Shown piece by piece: positions 58,817-64,000 of a stretch of DNA of 64,000 nt. The stretch is from Escherichia phage BYEP01. The number at the start of each line of letters is the position of its first letter. Positions within the stretch are counted from its first letter, which is position 1. The notes beneath the pieces are model-generated. The model was given only the letters and a program-made list of their open reading frames with translations. It had not been told where the DNA came from and made no database searches. Location: the sequence record OR757453.1; one strand, given 5' to 3'. Both the position numbers and the translations under genes were made by a program.

Positions 58817-61800
58817 TTATGCTAAACGAACGATATAGTTAAAAGCAATGTTTTTAACCGTGTTTTCTGTATTACCTGTACTATTTACAGTGATAGTATG
58901 ACCATGCGAACCAATCGCTACCGTGTGGGTATGAGCACCAATACCTACAGAGTGGGAATGGTTACCAGCATCGCTTGTAGTACCAGACCATGTGTGTGTA
59001 TGGTTACCAGTTGTGTTAGTGTTAGGGAACTTGTTATCACGTCTGTCAAGCCAGTCAAGTGTTCTAGGCAGACTGTTGCCAACGGTTGTATACCCGTACA
59101 AAGCATCACCGCCGTTAACTAATAGTAGACCTAAGTGATGAGCGTGGTTACCAGCAGCACTTGTTGTACCACTTACAGAGTGAGTGTGAGCACCAGTACT
59201 ATTAGTGTTCTTCGTACCATAGTCAAAGCTTGATGTGGTTTTAGTGCCTAAGTCAGTACTTGAAGCAGATGCACTATGGCTATGAGCCTTAACACCATCT
59301 TCTTCTGTGCTCAAAACAGCACGACCACTTGGTTTACCTTTGATAGTTTGCCCGCGCATATCTGGAATAACACCGCTAGGATATGCAACAGCTAGCTTTG
59401 GATATGCAGACTTATCAAAGGTCTGACCTTCCATAATAGCGTAACCGTTAGGAGGAGTATCTGTAGGCCATGGAATTGGAGCTCCAATAGGATAACTTGA
59501 AACAATATCAGTTTTAAGTGATTCAATTGTACTGTTTAAGTTAGCAAAATTACCAGAACCACCAGTAATATTACCATCAGTGCCAAGAGTGGCAGCGCCG
59601 GCAATAATTTTACCTGCCGCGCGGAAATCGCCTGTGCGACGGAATTCCCAACTCAAATCTACTCCATTGGTGCTAGTTCCCTGGTGATAATGGACGCGGA
59701 AGTCTCCCTGAGAAATCAAGGTACCAATAGAATAAGTACTATCTCCTTGAACGTAACGTTGCTTCAAAATTGGAATATAAGTACTATTATCACCACGGTC
59801 GATATTCATATAGAACGGTGCACGAACATTTTCGTTATTCTGTGAAGCAAACGAACCAGCACCTGCCGGGCGAACAGAGTTAGTGCATTCAACATCAATA
59901 TAAGACGAGTGGCCTATTTGCATGCGGAAATTAGGGCTTAATCTGGTATTAGAAGTTATCACAACAAGTTTACTATCATTATCAATAGTAACCATATTGC
60001 CGCCTAATCCATCGTCGCCTAATGTAACCGAATGACGCATTTGTACCATACCATTATTAAGACTAATACTTAATGGGCGGAGATTACTTATTCCACCACT
60101 TTCACCAGCATCTTTAGGAGTCGGGATAATATGTAATGCTGCTTCTGAACGACGGAAAATAGCACCGTATTCAGCATTCCAAATTCTCAATGCATCAGCT
60201 GTTCCACCAATTTTTACTTGGCCTGTAATAGAAGAACTCCCAGTTAAATTAAGCCCATTGCTCATTGTAACTGCGCCGACTAAAGTGCTCAATCCATTAA
60301 CTTTAAGATTTCCTGCAGTGCTAATAGAGCCGTTAGCATTAACTGGTCCATTGAACTGGGTTACAACGGGCCCAACAGTTTCAGAACCTTCTGGGCGCTG
60401 GCGTTGTGAATAAAAATAATAACCTTGTGAATCATATACTTCAAATACAGTTTCTCTAATACCGGGAACTGAGTTAAAGGCATTACCCCATGCTTTAATT
60501 GAAACAGTATTTTTATTCTGTCCGTTACGAGTGCCTGCATCCCAGTTAATAGTTTTGGTACCATCTACACCGGAAGGAGCTTTAAACGATAAAGCATTAG
60601 TATTATCATCACCATTTAAAAACAAGCCCGTACGCATAGAAATACGTTGGGTTGAGTCAAATGTACCATCTGCTCTAATAGCAACTCTATTAGACCCAGT
60701 TTTAATATCTAAAATACCTGGCTCAACAAGAAGTCCATCGCCCATGCTAACAGACATACGACCCGTGCCACGGAAATAGTGATACATTTTAGAATTACTG
60801 TTATAACCGATATGAGTTTGCCCATCACCGTTATTATTGCCATCAACATCAGTACGCGCAGTAAACATTGCTTGGTTGTTATTTGGGAAAACCCAAGTAG
60901 AACCGGAATCTCGACTATAACCAACCATCAATTTTTTAGTACTGTTAATACCATTATTAATAATAGTCGCCGCAGAAATACCGTTAGCCATTAGGTCATA
61001 AACACCGTCACGGACCCATTTAATACCGGTATCGTTATCGCCAATTGCAATACCAATGGAAATGGCAGACTCTAAAGGATAACGCCCATTTGTACCATTA
61101 TCAGGAAGACCTACTGAAATAGATTTACCTGCGGTAATACGTCCAGAGTTATCAAACGCCCACTGGAAAGATGAAGGTCCTACGCCGGTCCACCAAGAAA
61201 TTTCTTGCGGCTTACCTTTTCGACAATCGGCAATTTCATGGAAAATACTTGATGCACTTGATGCACGTAATTTACGCAAATAGTTCAATCCATTTGTAGT
61301 ATTGTCGGAACCATCAGCCGGTGGGTTATAAACCCAGGTAGGTAAAGAAACAATGTCATAACCCGTGTCATTATTCGGTATAAAGGTTTTAGAACTCAGG
61401 TTAATATTTTTTGTATTGACGCGCGGTGCAGAAACAAATCCAGTTGCCGAGTTAATATTACCTGAAGCCGAAATATTACCTGCACGGACTTCAATACTGC
61501 CAGAATCTACAATAAAATTACCGTTACGGTTAAAGACCCAGTGTTTAGAATTGTCTGGAGCTGTAGAATCAATGTAATGAACTCTAAATGAGCCTTCGCT
61601 TACTAATGTACCTACTGAAAAAGTACCGTCTTTATAACGTTGCTTAATCAAAGGGTGGTATTCAGAAGTTGAAGTAGTTGAACTCAAATCGGTAAAGATA
61701 GGAGCTTTATTTTTATGTTGGTTTGCCCAAGCACCATTACCCGCGGTTTTAGGCAGGAATTCAATATATTTACCAGCATAAACAAACTGGTTTCCATTAA

Positions 61801-62026
61801 GATTATATGTTCCATTTTGTAAATAATCACCAGTTTGAGTGATATTTCCACTGATATTACCGCCAGCGGAAATACTTAAATCAATGATATTTCCTGAATC
61901 ATCTTTAGTAAAAATTGTTCTATCTTTTAAGTTTATAGCCAATTCACCTTCGGCTAATACTGAAGCAGCAGGACGTGCACCTGCGGTTTTGCTTCTTTTA
62001 AATTGTATTTGTTTTAAAGTAGCCAT
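58817..62026 (-). CDS. 37: long tail fiber distal subunit gp37, 1069 aa
   Basis: N-terminus [33 protein letters not shown]; His-rich HxH repeats near C-terminal tip. Confidence 0.9.
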   Translation of the reverse strand: MATLKQIQFKRSKTAGARPAASVLAEGELAINLKDRTIFTKDDSGNIIDLSISAGGNISGNITQTGDYLQNGTYNLNGNQFVYAGKYIEFLPKTAGNGAWANQHKNKAPIFTDLSSTTSTSEYHPLIKQRYKDGTFSVGTLVSEGSFRVHYIDSTAPDNSKHWVFNRNGNFIVDSGSIEVRAGNISASGNINSATGFVSAPRVNTKNINLSSKTFIPNNDTGYDIVSLPTWVYNPPADGSDNTTNGLNYLRKLRASSASSIFHEIADCRKGKPQEISWWTGVGPSSFQWAFDNSGRITAGKSISVGLPDNGTNGRYPLESAISIGIAIGDNDTGIKWVRDGVYDLMANGISAATIINNGINSTKKLMVGYSRDSGSTWVFPNNNQAMFTARTDVDGNNNGDGQTHIGYNSNSKMYHYFRGTGRMSVSMGDGLLVEPGILDIKTGSNRVAIRADGTFDSTQRISMRTGLFLNGDDNTNALSFKAPSGVDGTKTINWDAGTRNGQNKNTVSIKAWGNAFNSVPGIRETVFEVYDSQGYYFYSQRQRPEGSETVGPVVTQFNGPVNANGSISTAGNLKVNGLSTLVGAVTMSNGLNLTGSSSITGQVKIGGTADALRIWNAEYGAIFRRSEAALHIIPTPKDAGESGGISNLRPLSISLNNGMVQMRHSVTLGDDGLGGNMVTIDNDSKLVVITSNTRLSPNFRMQIGHSSYIDVECTNSVRPAGAGSFASQNNENVRAPFYMNIDRGDNSTYIPILKQRYVQGDSTYSIGTLISQGDFRVHYHQGTSTNGVDLSWEFRRTGDFRAAGKIIAGAATLGTDGNITGGSGNFANLNSTIESLKTDIVSSYPIGAPIPWPTDTPPNGYAIMEGQTFDKSAYPKLAVAYPSGVIPDMRGQTIKGKPSGRAVLSTEEDGVKAHSHSASASSTDLGTKTTSSFDYGTKNTNSTGAHTHSVSGTTSAAGNHAHHLGLLLVNGGDALYGYTTVGNSLPRTLDWLDRRDNKFPNTNTTGNHTHTWSGTTSDAGNHSHSVGIGAHTHTVAIGSHGHTITVNSTGNTENTVKNIAFNYIVRLA

Positions 62027-62034
62027 AAGTCCTC

Positions 62035-62700
62035 TTAATAATAGCCGAAATCTTGAACAGAATCCTTAATTACGATTTGGTCAAATCGTGGAACATGTGA
62101 AGGTTGAGATGCGGGATTCTGCGAGAAAAAGTTTGGCGCGGTTAAATTACCTGTCATAGTGTCGCCAGAACGCAACACTCTAGAGTTCGCATTTGCTGTA
62201 ACAGTATTTATTGCTCCATCAACATAGTCCTTTCTAGTAAGGTCATTTGCTGATACAGGAGAAACTGCATTACTTCTTATTTGACCTACTGCTGTCACAA
62301 CGCCTTTTGTACTAATATCACCATTACGTGCATTAATTACAACATTTCGTTCCGCTGAACCTTGTGATGATTTAAAACCAATACCATTCCACGAAACAAT
62401 ATCAATATTTGCTACAGCAAAAGTAGCATTATCACCGTTACCTGGATAAATACCGCATTGGTTTGTGTTGTTTATAGCATACGGAACTTGTACGCCACCG
62501 TTAAATGTTACCTTTGATGCATAAGTACCACCATTAGCTTTAGAAACGAAATCGTTATCAGTTGCCTGTGGTTTATTATATTCTGAATATATTTTAAATG
62601 ATTTATAGAGTACATCGTCACCGGCTGGATTCAATGGAAAATTTCCTTGATGCCAAATGACAGAGCCTCCGGTTGTTGAACCTACTTTTAAATCAGCCAT
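62035..62700 (-). CDS. 36: long tail fiber subunit gp36, 221 aa
   Basis: Position and length as T4 gp36; late promoter upstream. Confidence 0.85.
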   Translation of the reverse strand: MADLKVGSTTGGSVIWHQGNFPLNPAGDDVLYKSFKIYSEYNKPQATDNDFVSKANGGTYASKVTFNGGVQVPYAINNTNQCGIYPGNGDNATFAVANIDIVSWNGIGFKSSQGSAERNVVINARNGDISTKGVVTAVGQIRSNAVSPVSANDLTRKDYVDGAINTVTANANSRVLRSGDTMTGNLTAPNFFSQNPASQPSHVPRFDQIVIKDSVQDFGYY

Positions 62701-62723
62701 TGTATGCCCCTTTATTTTAATAG

Positions 62724-62731
62724 TATTTATA
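62724..62731 (-). promoter_or_regulatory. late promoter TATAAATA for gene 36
   Basis: Plus-strand tatttata. Confidence 0.6.
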
Positions 62732-62758
62732 AAGAAAAAGGGAGCCCGAAGGCTCCCT
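62731..62758 (-). terminator. rho-independent terminator after gene 35
   Basis: gggagcccgaaggctccc hairpin; T-run on minus strand. Confidence 0.55.
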
Positions 62759-62762
62759 CAAT

Positions 62763-63878
62763 TTATACTTCTCTAAATTCTTGTCCAAACACTTTACCAG
62801 TTTTAGACGATGCTTGTGTAGGAAGTACCATTATATCCGGAGGTGAAGCGGATTCACAGATATAATTAACACGAATACCATTGACGCCAAATTCAGCAGG
62901 TTTCGAAATGCCGCCATTTCTTGATACTTCAGAAAAGCTTAAATTTCTCATGCCACCTTGGCCAGCTTGTGCAGTTCTTTGTGCATATATCGTAAATCCT
63001 ACTGCGTTTTCTGGAACAACTACATAATCTTCCTTTAATTCCCATGACCCAGCTTGCCCAGTAAATTCAGCCTGCGTTGAAGAAATATATCTGTTAGATG
63101 CATCATAAAATCGAATGGATATATTCGTAGTTCCAAGAGCAAGTAAATCAGCATCGGCGTATAGCTGTGTTTTAAGATAAAGAACATCACCAGGAATTAA
63201 ATTATAATCAGAGAGTTTACTTATTGCAGCCGAAGTTGGTAAACGCGCGATTTCGTTATTAGTTCCACCAACCGCTGACATAAATTGCTCAACGCTTTCA
63301 TACGTTCTTCTTGGAAACCCGGTAGCTCCAACATCTTCTAAACTGTCAAATACAACATCTAAAATAGTTTGATAATCATCTGTGCTTTTTCTATTACTCA
63401 GTTTAACATGCTCTAATGCAATAGCTCTTTTAGAAGAAGTATAAAAAGCAGCATATGATACGTCAAATCTTGACAATATAGAGTCAGATGGAAAAGCAGA
63501 CGTTCCTGCGGTTCTTAACCAAGATACTACTTCAGGAGGAAAATTAACCTTTCCGTTAGTTAATATAGCAACAAGTCTATTGCTTGAAATAGAATTCATG
63601 AAGCTAACAAAAGCGGCAGATGTAGTATCATTTGAAGTCGAAAAAGCATATGACTTACTATCAACTAATGCTCCGGTGGAAGGGTCAAAAACTCTTAAAT
63701 GAAGGCCTGCGCTAAATGTTTGATTTCCGATAGGATTATCCTGAAATTTAACGTATGGTCCTGCTGTAGAAAGCGGGCAAGAACCCGCTATGCTTATTTT
63801 GTATCTTACTGAATTGCTTTCCGATAAAAATGGCGTTTGGACATATCCTTGTCCAAACTCTGCCATAAATTTTTCCAT
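62763..63878 (-). CDS. 35: long tail fiber hinge subunit gp35, 371 aa
   Basis: Position and length as T4 gp35; SD gagg. Confidence 0.85.
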   Translation of the reverse strand: MEKFMAEFGQGYVQTPFLSESNSVRYKISIAGSCPLSTAGPYVKFQDNPIGNQTFSAGLHLRVFDPSTGALVDSKSYAFSTSNDTTSAAFVSFMNSISSNRLVAILTNGKVNFPPEVVSWLRTAGTSAFPSDSILSRFDVSYAAFYTSSKRAIALEHVKLSNRKSTDDYQTILDVVFDSLEDVGATGFPRRTYESVEQFMSAVGGTNNEIARLPTSAAISKLSDYNLIPGDVLYLKTQLYADADLLALGTTNISIRFYDASNRYISSTQAEFTGQAGSWELKEDYVVVPENAVGFTIYAQRTAQAGQGGMRNLSFSEVSRNGGISKPAEFGVNGIRVNYICESASPPDIMVLPTQASSKTGKVFGQEFREV

Positions 63879-63886
63879 AATACCTC

Positions 63887-64000
63887 TTATTCAACCCATT
63901 CAAATTTAACAGATTTATTCACTGGGTCAGGAACAATGCGAACATTACCAATTCGTAAGAAATCACGAATAGTAAGATTCCCCATTGTAGCATTATCAGA
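63887..64000 (-). CDS. 34: long tail fiber proximal subunit gp34, C-terminal 37 codons (partial, continues beyond window)
   Basis: Open frame to window edge ending ...KFEWVE; gene order 34-35-36-37. Confidence 0.6.
   Translation of the reverse strand, partial: SDNATMGNLTIRDFLRIGNVRIVPDPVNKSVKFEWVE

Overview
This window is a T4-like (T-even, Tequatrovirus-type) phage segment, read in reverse of the usual T4 map. Gene calls rest on protein sequences and lengths recognised from memory of T4; no database search was run. Plus strand: early/middle genes nrdC, 49, nrdD (group I intron), nrdG, nrdH, 55, alpha-gt, 47, 46, rpbA, 45, 44, 62, regA, 43, imm, 42, a glycosyltransferase, uvsX, 40, 41, dmd, sp, 61, dam, 56, segF, soc, mrh, modB/modA, srd, dda, dexA, motB, 39, rIIA, rIIB, denB, ndd, stp, 52, motA, arn, asiA. 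Minus strand at the 3' end: late genes t, 38, 37, 36, 35 and the end of 34. Main finding: uvsX is a fractured gene, split by a split intein whose halves flank a freestanding GIY-YIG homing endonuclease gene. Other points: an ORF-less nrdD intron retaining a late promoter and in-frame ATG; four more freestanding homing endonuclease genes; a +1 frameshift in rIIB; a 7-bp duplication splitting an ORF between 47 and 46; a nuclease-like ORF coupled to dam; repeated early-promoter cassettes. No tRNA, rRNA or CRISPR found.
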